From assembly GCA_009838965.1 (NCBI GenBank), contig VXQP01000044.1, positions 2,882 to 66,881 of the forward strand: a DNA stretch of 64,000 nt. The letters run 5' to 3'. Positions 18,055 through 26,669 of the stretch are shown piece by piece. The notes below the pieces were generated by a model. That model searched no databases. It saw only the letters and a program-made list of their open reading frames with translations, and had not been told where the DNA came from. This DNA comes from Chloroflexota bacterium. Its GTDB lineage: Bacteria > Chloroflexota > Dehalococcoidia > Lucifugimonadales > Australimonadaceae. A program made the translations under genes and the position numbers. Within the stretch, counting starts at the first letter, position 1, and the number at the start of each line of letters is the position of its first letter.

Positions 18055-20364
18055 ATGACCGAAACACTCGCCCGTATCAGTTCCAGCAGGCCATGGATGA
18101 CCATAGGCGTGTGGTTGCTGCTCGTGCTGGTTGCCCTCGGAATCGTCGGCCAACTACTCCCCACCGCCACCACCACTGAACTCCGCATCATCCCGAGGTT
18201 CGGCGAGGTCGGTTCGGTGACGGTCAGTGAACTGCTGGAAGGCAGTCCGATCGAGCCTCCGCCCGCTGAGGTGGTCATCGTTCGTTCAGGGACGCTGACA
18301 GTGGACGACGACGCATTCAAGGCGAAGGTCGAGGAGGTCACCGGCAAGCTCCGGGAGTTGGAGCCTGAAGTCATACAGGCCAGCACGAACTACTACGAGG
18401 TACTGGCCACCACTCCGCTGGACTCTCTTGCCCTGGTCTCAACGGACCGCAGAAGCGCCATCGTGGCGGTTCAGATGACCGGCACACTCGGGGAGGCGCT
18501 GGAGAACATCGAAGAAGTCATCCACGTCGTGGAGGAAGCGGATGGCAAGGACGGCTTCGACGTGCTTGTTGTGGGCGACGTGAGCAGCCGCTTCGAGCAG
18601 GCCGAGCTGTCTGCGATGGACCTGGAGCAGGGCGAGCGCATCGGCCTGCCGGTGGCGCTCCTCATCCTCCTCGTGCTCTTCGGCGCAGTCGTGGCCGCGC
18701 TGATACCCGTCGGACTCGCCATCGTTTCGATACTCGTCACGCTGGCAATCGTGTCGGTCATCGGCAACATCGTTGGCGAGCTGGTCTTCTTCGTGCTGCT
18801 GTGGATAACGATGATCGGCCTTGCTGTGGGGATCGACTACAGTCTCATCGTGGTGTCCCGCTTCAGGGAAGAGCTGGCTCGTGGCCTGAGCGCGCGGGAC
18901 GCGGTCGTCAAGGCCGGGGCGACGGCAAGCCGCACGGTGTTCTTCAGCGGCATGACGGTGGTCATCGCCCTGCTTGGCGTGTTCATCGTCCCGCACACGC
19001 TGTTCTTCGCAACCGGCCTTGGCGCGATCCTGGTGGTCCTCGTCTCGGTCACGGCGACGCTCACCTTCCTGCCAGCTGTGCTCACGGTGCTGGGGCCGCG
19101 CGTTGATCTTCTACGGCTTCCTTTCCGCAGGAGCGCGCCAAGTGCGTCTGCAGAAGGGCAGCGTCCCGGTTTCTGGGAGTTCATCACGCGCAAGACGATG
19201 AGATACCCCGTCGTCAGCATCATCGTGGTCGGCGGGCTGATGGTATGGGCGTCGGTGAGCTACTTCGGCATCAACACCGGCTTCAACAGCGTCGAGACGT
19301 TCCCGGAGGACTCGCACACCCGGGAGGCATTCACTGCCCTGGAAGAAGACTTCCCGCTGGGGTACGGCTCCGCGAACCCCGCCAGGATCGTCGTCGAGGG
19401 AGATATCAATGACCCGTCGGTAGCGGCTGCGGTGCAGACATTCAAGCAGGCCGTAGTCGGAGACCCGCTGGTTGCCGAAGCACTGCAGAAGATCCGGCAG
19501 GCCGTAGAGAGCGACCCTGCCCTCATCGCAGCCCTGCTGCAGAGCAATCCGGAGGTGCTCAACGATCCATCCGCCGCTGCGCTTCCGACGGAGACGCACG
19601 GCAACCTCACCGTGATCGCGATACCGGTGCCCGGTGCTCCCAGCGGGGCGGAGGCGTTCGGCCTGATCGAACGGTTGAGGGACGACTATATCCCCGCGGC
19701 GTTCTCCGGTGTCCCGGCAGAGGCGCACGTGGGAGGCATCTCAGCGGAGTTCCTGGACTTCGACACGCAGCTCAGCGCCTACCTGCCCATCATCTTCGCG
19801 TTCATCCTCGGCGTGAGCTTCATCCTGCTGCTGGTCGTCTTCCGCTCCATCGTCATCCCCATCAAGGCGATCATCATGAACCTGCTCTCCGTCGGCGCTG
19901 CCTACGGGTTGATGGTGCTCGTGTTCCAGCATGGCGTGGGGGCAGACCTCCTCGGCTTCCAACAGATCGAGACGATAGAAGCATGGCTGCCGCTCATCCT
20001 GTTCGCCATCCTGTTCGGGCTGTCCATGGATTACCACGTCTTCATGCTGAGCCGCATCCGCGAACGCTACGACCAGACGCACGACAACGCCGAGTCCGTG
20101 GCGTACGGCCTGCGCTCGACCGCAAGCCTCATCACGGGCGCCGCACTCATCATGGTGGCGGTGTTCAGCGGTTTCGCCTCGGGCGACATGGTGGTGAACC
20201 AGCAGGCGGGGTTCGGGCTTGCGGTAGCCGTCCTGCTGGATGCAACACTGGTGAGGAGCATCCTCGTTCCGGCCAGCATGCAACTGCTCGGCGCGCGGAA
20301 CTGGTACCTGCCGGGGTTCCTCAACTGGCTGCCCCAGATACAGGTGGAGGCCGAAGAAGACTAG
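18055..20364 (+). CDS. MMPL/RND-superfamily membrane transporter
   Basis: 769 aa. Two blocks of about 6 TM helices, each preceded by a large extracytoplasmic loop. The GxDYxLF-like motif (GIDYSLIVVSRFRE; MDYHVFMLSRIRE) occurs twice. Confidence 0.85.
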   Translation: MTETLARISSSRPWMTIGVWLLLVLVALGIVGQLLPTATTTELRIIPRFGEVGSVTVSELLEGSPIEPPPAEVVIVRSGTLTVDDDAFKAKVEEVTGKLRELEPEVIQASTNYYEVLATTPLDSLALVSTDRRSAIVAVQMTGTLGEALENIEEVIHVVEEADGKDGFDVLVVGDVSSRFEQAELSAMDLEQGERIGLPVALLILLVLFGAVVAALIPVGLAIVSILVTLAIVSVIGNIVGELVFFVLLWITMIGLAVGIDYSLIVVSRFREELARGLSARDAVVKAGATASRTVFFSGMTVVIALLGVFIVPHTLFFATGLGAILVVLVSVTATLTFLPAVLTVLGPRVDLLRLPFRRSAPSASAEGQRPGFWEFITRKTMRYPVVSIIVVGGLMVWASVSYFGINTGFNSVETFPEDSHTREAFTALEEDFPLGYGSANPARIVVEGDINDPSVAAAVQTFKQAVVGDPLVAEALQKIRQAVESDPALIAALLQSNPEVLNDPSAAALPTETHGNLTVIAIPVPGAPSGAEAFGLIERLRDDYIPAAFSGVPAEAHVGGISAEFLDFDTQLSAYLPIIFAFILGVSFILLLVVFRSIVIPIKAIIMNLLSVGAAYGLMVLVFQHGVGADLLGFQQIETIEAWLPLILFAILFGLSMDYHVFMLSRIRERYDQTHDNAESVAYGLRSTASLITGAALIMVAVFSGFASGDMVVNQQAGFGLAVAVLLDATLVRSILVPASMQLLGARNWYLPGFLNWLPQIQVEAEED

Positions 20365-21830
20365 CCGAGGAACCGGCGGATCAGGGCGGCTTCTTCGATG
20401 AAGTGCCGTGTCCGGGAGGTGCGGTTCCGCACGAGCCCTGCCCAGACCGCCGTGGTCAGCCCTTCGTGGACGCGGTCGATCTCCTGGGTGAAGCGTACGA
20501 ACAGTCGCCGGTAGTCGTCGCCGAGGAGTTGCGTGATGCGCGTCTCGTTCGAGAAGCGCAGGGCGGCGCTGAGGTCTTCCTGGAGGCTGGGGTATATCTC
20601 CCGCAGGTAGGCGAAGTCGTCCTCGTTGAGCGCGGCGAGCCCGAGCAGGTCCGGGGGTACGCCGATGGAGTAGAGCGTGGCCGCGAATGCGATGGCGCGC
20701 GGAAGGGCCACGTCCTCCGCGCCCGGAAGCGTGCGCCCGTAGCCGAAGAGGCCGACGTGCAGTTTGCGCTCCCGCCTGCGCGGTATATGAGCGGATACGG
20801 AGGCGATGGTAGGGGCGAGCTTGCGCACCTGTTCCTGGTAGGCCGCTCCTGCCCTGTCGAGGATGTCGTTGACGCGTGCTTCGTCAACCGGCGGAGCGGG
20901 TTTGCGCTCGTACGCGTGGAGCTGTGCGATGGCGTCGACCACCTGCTCGCGGGGGTAGTCGAACTTGAACGCAGACTGTACGGTGAGCGTCTGGACGCTG
21001 GGGTACTCACGGAAGATGCGGTCCACGTTCACGGGGGAGAGGTGCCCCCGGAAGGGCGCCGAGCCTGCGCCGATGATGGGGTAGAGGGGGATGCCCAGTT
21101 CGCCCTCGAGACGGTCCAGCCGGGCGAGGGCGGTCTTGAGCATCAGCTCGGCGCCGACGATGCCGTTGTTCAGCGCAGGGTCGCTCCGGGCGAGGAAGAC
21201 GCGCTGGTACTCGACCTCCCACCCCTGCAGGTATTCGCGGACGATGTCGTCCACCGTCATCATCTGCTCCCGCTCCTCGAAGAGCGGGATGACGCGGATG
21301 TGCTTGGGGTAGAAGTCGCCTATCCAGTCGCTGACGGTGCTTCCGTCCGGCAGATGCCTGCTCTCCTGCCCGGCGATGAACTGTGCGTAGTAGTCCCGCA
21401 CCTTGACTATCTGCGCGGCGTTGGTGGTGAAGGGGAGGATGACTTCCTGGATGGGGGGTTCGAGGTCGCCCTCGTAGAACTCGTTCGCAACGTCGTAGGC
21501 GATGGGGATGCCGTGGAGGGCTTCGATGAGGAGCTTGCGCATCTCCAGTTCGATGGAGGGATTCGGGACGCGGAGGGTGATGAGGGCGTCGCGCCCCAGT
21601 TTCATCTCTTCAGAGAAGTAGCCGGGATAGTGACTGAGCAGTTTCTGGATGACGTGCGTGTCGGTGTCCTTGCCCTCGGAGTCCCACATCTGCTCGTCGC
21701 ACCCGAGCGCCAGCACGTCGGCGGCTTCGATGATCTCGCCGTCGCCCTTGATAACGCCGTCGATGGCGTAGGCGGGGGCCTCCGCGTTGTCCGGGTGCTG
21801 GGTACTCATCACTCGCGGGATCAGGGGCAC
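20361..21830 (-). CDS. ppcA: Archaeal-type phosphoenolpyruvate carboxylase
   Basis: 489 aa. The N-terminus MPLIPRVMSTQHPDN matches the hallmark IPRxMSTQHPDN of PepcA-type (about 55 kDa) PEPC. The size is far below that of bacterial Ppc. Confidence 0.8.
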   Translation of the reverse strand: MPLIPRVMSTQHPDNAEAPAYAIDGVIKGDGEIIEAADVLALGCDEQMWDSEGKDTDTHVIQKLLSHYPGYFSEEMKLGRDALITLRVPNPSIELEMRKLLIEALHGIPIAYDVANEFYEGDLEPPIQEVILPFTTNAAQIVKVRDYYAQFIAGQESRHLPDGSTVSDWIGDFYPKHIRVIPLFEEREQMMTVDDIVREYLQGWEVEYQRVFLARSDPALNNGIVGAELMLKTALARLDRLEGELGIPLYPIIGAGSAPFRGHLSPVNVDRIFREYPSVQTLTVQSAFKFDYPREQVVDAIAQLHAYERKPAPPVDEARVNDILDRAGAAYQEQVRKLAPTIASVSAHIPRRRERKLHVGLFGYGRTLPGAEDVALPRAIAFAATLYSIGVPPDLLGLAALNEDDFAYLREIYPSLQEDLSAALRFSNETRITQLLGDDYRRLFVRFTQEIDRVHEGLTTAVWAGLVRNRTSRTRHFIEEAALIRRFLG

Positions 21831-21907
21831 GGCATGAACCTCCTTCGCGTCAGGGGCATGATACCCGTATGGACGTTCCAGCGGGCAGCGCTGGGGTTAT
21901 GTTTCTG

Positions 21908-22816
21908 TTACAGGGTGCGTTGGATGAAGCCGGCCTTCCGGCGCCATCGCGTGTTCACCTTCACCCATAGTTCGAGAAAGGCGGGACGTCCTGTGAGCGC
22001 TTCGATCTCAGGACGCGCGAGGACACCTACCTCCTTGAGCGCCCCTCCTCCCTTGCCGATGAGGAGCCTCTTCTGGGAGGGAGTGTCCACGTAGACCACT
22101 GCCCGGATGTAGTCCGGTGCTTCTCCCTCGCGCTCCTCGAACGTAACGACTTCCACGGCTGTGTCGTACGGGACCTCATGGGCGTAGTGCTCGAATATCT
22201 TCTCACGGACGAGTTCACCCACGAGGAAGCGTGTCGTGCGGTCGGTGAGCATCTCCGGCGGGAAGAGGGCGTCCTGCTCCGGCAGATGCGCGCCGATCGC
22301 TTCCGCGAGAGGGGCCAGCCCGTCGCGTTGGAGAGCGCTGACGGGCACGATCTCGGCGAATGGGTGGGTTTCGGCGTAGCGCGCCATGACCGGCAGCAGC
22401 TTCTGCCTGGCGATGGTGTCGGTCTTGGTGAGTACGAGCAACGCGGGCACATCCACGGAGGCGATCTGTTCGATGAGCGCTCGTTCGACGTCTCCGGGAT
22501 AACGCGGTTCGGCGGCGAGAACGATGGCGTGGGCGTCGCCGAGTGCGCCGGAGAGCTGGCGCGCCATCGCTGCGTCGAGCTGGTCACGGCCTTTCCGAAG
22601 GAAGCCGGGAGTGTCGATGAGGGCGGCCTGGAAATCGCTGCCGTTCAGGACACCGAGCAGCCTGTGACGGGTCGTGTGGGGCTTCGCGCTCACGATGGAC
22701 AGCTTCTGGCCGAGCAAGGCGTTCAGCAGCGTGGACTTGCCGACGTTCGCCCTGCCGACGATGGCCACGAGCCCGCTGCGGAAGTTGGTGGTCTGGCCGC
22801 TCACACTTCCAAGCAT
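21908..22816 (-). CDS. era: GTPase Era
   Basis: G1 GRANVGKST, G3 DTPG, G4 TKTD, C-terminal KH domain. Start trimmed to Met36 of the track ORF (MLGSVSG...). Confidence 0.9.
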   Translation of the reverse strand: MLGSVSGQTTNFRSGLVAIVGRANVGKSTLLNALLGQKLSIVSAKPHTTRHRLLGVLNGSDFQAALIDTPGFLRKGRDQLDAAMARQLSGALGDAHAIVLAAEPRYPGDVERALIEQIASVDVPALLVLTKTDTIARQKLLPVMARYAETHPFAEIVPVSALQRDGLAPLAEAIGAHLPEQDALFPPEMLTDRTTRFLVGELVREKIFEHYAHEVPYDTAVEVVTFEEREGEAPDYIRAVVYVDTPSQKRLLIGKGGGALKEVGVLARPEIEALTGRPAFLELWVKVNTRWRRKAGFIQRTL

Positions 22817-22893
22817 ACTCGCTCGGGGAAGCTGGTGACTCCGGCGTCTCCCGCTGTGTATAGTGACTGTGCCGCGGTCATCCGCGGGCAACG

Positions 22894-24162
22894 ATGCGTA
22901 TCTTCCACACTCGTTTCCCAAGCCCCTTTGCCATTGCAGTCCTGCTGCTGTTCACGCTGGCTGCGTGCGGCGAGCCGGGGCCCGGAGTCGTACAGTTCGA
23001 AGCGCGTGCGACTCCTGAAGGACCTACCACTCCGACGCCGACCCCCACGCCCGCGCCTTCTCCGACAGCAACCCCGACACCCGAGCCGACGGCGACCCCT
23101 ACCCCGGCGCCTACCGACACGCCCACGCCGACCCCAACGCACACGCCGACGCCGGACGAGCCTGGGATACTCACGCCGCAACCGGACGTCTCCATCGTCA
23201 TGCAGACGGAGACCGTCATCAGCGCCGGTGACCGTCATACCTGTGTGGTCACGCCGGACGGGACGCCTACCTGCTGGGGGAACAACGATTCAGGACAGGC
23301 GGCACCGATCGGTTTCCTCCCACTCAGGACGATAAGCAGCGGGAACAACCACTCCTGTGGACTTACACTGGAAGGAGCGGCCATCTGCTGGGGCAGCGAT
23401 GCCTTCGGCCAGATCAACGCTCCCACCGATCAGATGTTCCTGGCGCTCAGCAGCGGCGACGATTTCACGTGCGCGCTCACTTTCGACGGCACTCCGGTCT
23501 GCTGGGGAGGTCAGGGGGTCACCCCTCCCGATGGGGAGAAGTTCACCCAGATCAGCAGTGGAGGACGTCATGCGTGCGGACTCCGCCTGGACGGCAGCGC
23601 GGTCTGCTGGGGAGACGACGCGGATGGAAAGCTGAACCCACCGGCGGGGGCGTTCTTCGCTATCGCGAGCGGTGGCGACCACACGTGCGCGCTCAATGCC
23701 CAGGGTAACGCGGTCTGCTGGGGCAGCGACAGCTCCGGTCAGCGGACGAACGCACCGGTCGATGTCGCGTTCCTCTCCATCAGCAGCGGCGGGTCGCACT
23801 CCTGCGGCCTGCGCGGCGACGGGACCGCGTCCTGCTGGGGTGACTGGGGCGGCGCCGACGTCCCGACCGATGCGTTCTTCCAGATCAGCTGCGGGCGCAA
23901 CTATTCCTGTGGGACGGTTGGTGAGGAACAGGTTTGTACAGGTGAAGTGCACACGTGCGGCGTCACCTTTGCGGGCACCGTCGTCTGCTGGGGAGATGAC
24001 AGCGCTGGACAGTCCGCCCCGCCCGCGAGCCTGACGAGTCCGGGGCAACCGGTTGACGGGACGGACGGTGAAGCCACGCCGGAGCCTGGCGGGGGGTTGG
24101 TCGTGGACGGCGAGGTAATACCGCCGCCGCCCGCCATACCGGGCGTTCCGCCTCCGTCCTAG
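22894..24162 (+). CDS. RCC1-repeat (7-bladed beta-propeller) lipoprotein with Pro/Thr linker
   Basis: 422 aa. Lipobox LAAC, about 45-aa TPTPTP-type linker, then seven repeats of the HxC(G/A)L...G...CWG...GQ type. Pro-rich C-terminus. Confidence 0.8.
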   Translation: MRIFHTRFPSPFAIAVLLLFTLAACGEPGPGVVQFEARATPEGPTTPTPTPTPAPSPTATPTPEPTATPTPAPTDTPTPTPTHTPTPDEPGILTPQPDVSIVMQTETVISAGDRHTCVVTPDGTPTCWGNNDSGQAAPIGFLPLRTISSGNNHSCGLTLEGAAICWGSDAFGQINAPTDQMFLALSSGDDFTCALTFDGTPVCWGGQGVTPPDGEKFTQISSGGRHACGLRLDGSAVCWGDDADGKLNPPAGAFFAIASGGDHTCALNAQGNAVCWGSDSSGQRTNAPVDVAFLSISSGGSHSCGLRGDGTASCWGDWGGADVPTDAFFQISCGRNYSCGTVGEEQVCTGEVHTCGVTFAGTVVCWGDDSAGQSAPPASLTSPGQPVDGTDGEATPEPGGGLVVDGEVIPPPPAIPGVPPPS

Positions 24163-24175
24163 CGCCAGTGCCTTC

Positions 24176-25306
24176 CTATTCGCCGCGGAGGCGGGGGATG
24201 AACTCCGCCATCTGCGACTCCGCGCCGGACTTCGCGAGCGTCTCGACGAACATGTCGTGGATGATGGGGTCTTCGTTTTCGTACTCGATCTGACCGCCGC
24301 CCAGGTTCACGTCAACGTCAGTCTCGCCTTCCATGGCGACGCCGAGTGAGAAGTAGTACTTCTGGCTGCCCCAGCGGAACGCGAGGTACCGCGCGGGAGT
24401 CGCGCCGCCGTTGAAGTGCTGGTGGAACCAGCCGTTCGGGGGCACAACGAGCGAGCCGGGCTTCCAGTCGACGCGTTCCATGCCGTCGTGGGGGCTGCCG
24501 TGGGACGGCCAGAGGAGCGAGTAACCCTCGCCCTTGATGATGATGACGTGCGCGCCGGGACCGTGCCTGTGCGCCTTCTTGTACGTGCCGACAGGGAACT
24601 GCGAGACGTGGGCGGTCTGAGTCTGGTCGGCGAGCTCGAACTTGATGTGCGCTCCCCCAGCTCCTCGCTCCTTCCAGGAGAACGTCGTAAATGTCTCGAT
24701 GTCGGGCACGAAGTTGGTCTCCCAGGCGTTGGTGCGTCCGGTCGTGGCCGTCCACATCTTGCCCTCGCCCTGGAACTGCTTGGGGTTGCCGATGCGGTCT
24801 TCGAAGACGTAGGGGTTGTTGAAGACGAAGCCCTCGTTGTGGAAGAGGTTCATGGTGATGGGGGCGGTGGTGACCGCGACGAAGCGTGCAGGCTCCGAGC
24901 CGCTGCCGTTCATGTGCTGGTGCCAGACGTTGATGGGGATGGAGAAGACGCTGCCGCGCTTCCACTCGAAGCTGACCCGGCTGTTGGGGTCGTCGCCGAC
25001 GAGCGTGGCGCCGCGCCCTTCGAGCACGTAGATGTTCTTCTCGAAGATGTGCTTCTCCGGCGCCATCTTGCCGCCCGGCGGTATCTCAGCGACATAGGCG
25101 CCGTTGGTGTCGCCGGCGCCGTCGAGGTTGATGTACGTGCCGAGGCAGTTCAGGCGCGCCCACGGCTTGACCTCGACGGTGCGCAGGTCGTCCACCGCGA
25201 AGCCGGTGATGACGGGTATGCCCTCCTTCTCCTGGAAGGCGCGGTAGGCGTTGTACTTGACGATGCGTTCCTGGTCCGGGCGTATCTCCGGCGTGGACGT
25301 TGTCAT
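24176..25306 (-). CDS. Bicupin protein, gentisate 1,2-dioxygenase-like
   Basis: 376 aa from Met197 of the track ORF (SD CAGGAGGAG). Two cupin barrels (WHQHMN; AHRHGPGAHVIIIKGEG...WFHQHFN). The track ORF upstream part reads through a tRNA and is spurious. Confidence 0.7.
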   Translation of the reverse strand: MTTSTPEIRPDQERIVKYNAYRAFQEKEGIPVITGFAVDDLRTVEVKPWARLNCLGTYINLDGAGDTNGAYVAEIPPGGKMAPEKHIFEKNIYVLEGRGATLVGDDPNSRVSFEWKRGSVFSIPINVWHQHMNGSGSEPARFVAVTTAPITMNLFHNEGFVFNNPYVFEDRIGNPKQFQGEGKMWTATTGRTNAWETNFVPDIETFTTFSWKERGAGGAHIKFELADQTQTAHVSQFPVGTYKKAHRHGPGAHVIIIKGEGYSLLWPSHGSPHDGMERVDWKPGSLVVPPNGWFHQHFNGGATPARYLAFRWGSQKYYFSLGVAMEGETDVDVNLGGGQIEYENEDPIIHDMFVETLAKSGAESQMAEFIPRLRGE

Positions 25307-25365
25307 CGGGCTCCTCCTGTGGGCGGACGCGACTGGCTGGAGTACGGGAAGTGACTGGGAGTACC

Positions 25366-25440
25366 TGGAGCGGGCGATGGGATTCGAACCCACGGCCCTC
25401 TGCTTGGGAAGCAGATGCTCTACCCCTGAGCTACGCCCGC
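25366..25440 (-). tRNA. tRNA-Gly (anticodon CCC), CCA encoded
   Basis: Reverse complement GCGGGCGTAGCTCAGGGGTAGAGCATCTGCTTCCCAAGCAGAGGGCCGTGGGTTCGAATCCCATCGCCCGCTCCA folds as a cloverleaf. It has a 7-bp acceptor stem, anticodon loop UUCCCAA and T-loop GGTTCGAATCC. Confidence 0.92.
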
Positions 25441-25482
25441 GCCGCGTGAGATTGTAGCGCGGTTCCGGCGAGTTGGCACGCG

Positions 25483-25980
25483 CTACCGCGCGAGGCGCGA
25501 CCAGGCGACCGCCATCGCGACACCGACGGCTGCGAGGCGGAACAGCCCGCCGACAGAGAGGTCGCCAAGCGCGCCGATGAGGAACGGAAGGGTGGCGAGG
25601 GCCACGCTGCCCAGTGCCATCCACTGGTAGGTCCGCCCCCTTCGGCGGTTGACGGCCTGGCTGACGGCCTCGCCCAGGGCATATCCGAGCCCCAGCATGA
25701 TGAAGAAGGTGAAGAACCCTCCGAAAGGGATGAGCCTGAACACGATCTGCAGGGCGATGAACCCGGCCACCCCCGCTCCCAGGGCGGCAAGCACCCCTCG
25801 TGTCACGTAGCTCACGGAGACGGCGTGGGTCGGCAGACCGACCGGCGCGCCGCATTCCCTGCAGCGTATGCCGACCGGGTGCTGGCGCATGCACTCCGTG
25901 CAGATTGACTTCTCGCAGTTGCCGCAGCGCAACCCCGTTTCACGGTTGGGGTGCCAGTAGCATGTCGGCGCTTGCGTCAT
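25483..25980 (-). CDS. B-box/zinc-ribbon N-terminal domain membrane protein (4 predicted TM)
   Basis: Last 165 aa of track ORF 25483..26784. CYWHPNRETGLRCGNCEKSICTECMRQHPVGIRCRECG carries 8 Cys/His ligands, followed by hydrophobic helices. ATGA overlap with the plsY stop. Confidence 0.65.
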   Translation of the reverse strand: MTQAPTCYWHPNRETGLRCGNCEKSICTECMRQHPVGIRCRECGAPVGLPTHAVSVSYVTRGVLAALGAGVAGFIALQIVFRLIPFGGFFTFFIMLGLGYALGEAVSQAVNRRRGRTYQWMALGSVALATLPFLIGALGDLSVGGLFRLAAVGVAMAVAWSRLAR

Positions 25981-26657
25981 TCCGCCTCCGGCTGCGGCGT
26001 GTTGCGCTGGACCCAGGCGTCGTGGTCTGCGATGTCGCGGTCGTACATCAGCCGGTTGAAGAGGAGCTGCGGCAGCGGAACGTCGGAGCCGCGCAGCGAG
26101 TTCGAAGCAAGACGCTTGACGACAGTGATGAGCAGCAGCCCGGTCATCAGCAGGACGACGGCGGACGGCCTCTGGAAGTAAAGCGCAACGAGCGGCAGGG
26201 ATACGAACCCCAACAACACCCAGACGCCGGAGGCCTTGGTGAACTGCCATCCGGCGCTGGTGACGACGATGAAGAAGGCGAGCTCCAGCCGGCCGAGGGC
26301 CAGGAGCGCCCCGACCGAGGGCGCCACCCCCCTGCCGCCCTTGAAACCGAGGGACACCGGCCAGTTGTGGCCTGTCACGGCGAGCAGTCCTGCCGCCGCC
26401 TGCACCTCTATCTCCAGGCCGAGCGCACGGGCGAGGTAGACAGGGGTGAGCCCTTTCACGAAGAGGTCGAAGATGCCGACGGGCAGGATCCAGAAGCGTC
26501 CGACGTTGTAGTAGACGTTCGATGCGCCGATGGTGCCGCTGCCGACCTTGCGGAGGTCTATGCCTTTGACGAGGCGCGCGACGATCCAGGCGGCAGGCAC
26601 AGAGCCCAGCAGGTACGCGTAGAGGAGTACCAGCGCTATCTGTAAGGAATCGTCCAT
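25977..26657 (-). CDS. plsY: Glycerol-3-phosphate acyltransferase PlsY
   Basis: 226 aa. [11 protein letters not shown] and [10 protein letters not shown] (GSGNxGATN-type) motifs, multi-TM. Confidence 0.88.
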   Translation of the reverse strand: MDDSLQIALVLLYAYLLGSVPAAWIVARLVKGIDLRKVGSGTIGASNVYYNVGRFWILPVGIFDLFVKGLTPVYLARALGLEIEVQAAAGLLAVTGHNWPVSLGFKGGRGVAPSVGALLALGRLELAFFIVVTSAGWQFTKASGVWVLLGFVSLPLVALYFQRPSAVVLLMTGLLLITVVKRLASNSLRGSDVPLPQLLFNRLMYDRDIADHDAWVQRNTPQPEAE

Positions 26658-26669
26658 CGCAAGAGGCTC

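Noticed and set aside
9949-20364. A sigma factor for the partner-switching module and a transglutaminase for the ATP-grasp/alpha-E pair.
   Set aside because: I searched all ORFs in the block and its flanks and found no sigma-70 region 2/4-like or transglutaminase-core (Cys-His-Asp) protein. Their absence is reported as an observation rather than called as a feature.
19983-22094. 703-aa + strand ORF spanning the end of the MMPL gene, all of ppcA and part of era.
   Set aside because: It is out of frame or antisense to three well-supported genes, and its sequence is low-complexity (R/G/A/V/E).
23020-23165. Tandem DNA repeat or VNTR in the RCC1 gene.
   Set aside because: The sequence is an imperfect ACN-CCN codon reiteration encoding a Pro/Thr linker. 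It is not a precise tandem repeat and is treated as low-complexity coding sequence.
25307-25894. N-terminal 196 aa of track ORF 24176..25894.
   Set aside because: It reads straight through the tRNA-Gly gene (..GVEHLLPKQRAVGSNPIARS..) and the 3' part of the B-box gene. The real bicupin gene starts at 25306 with a good SD.
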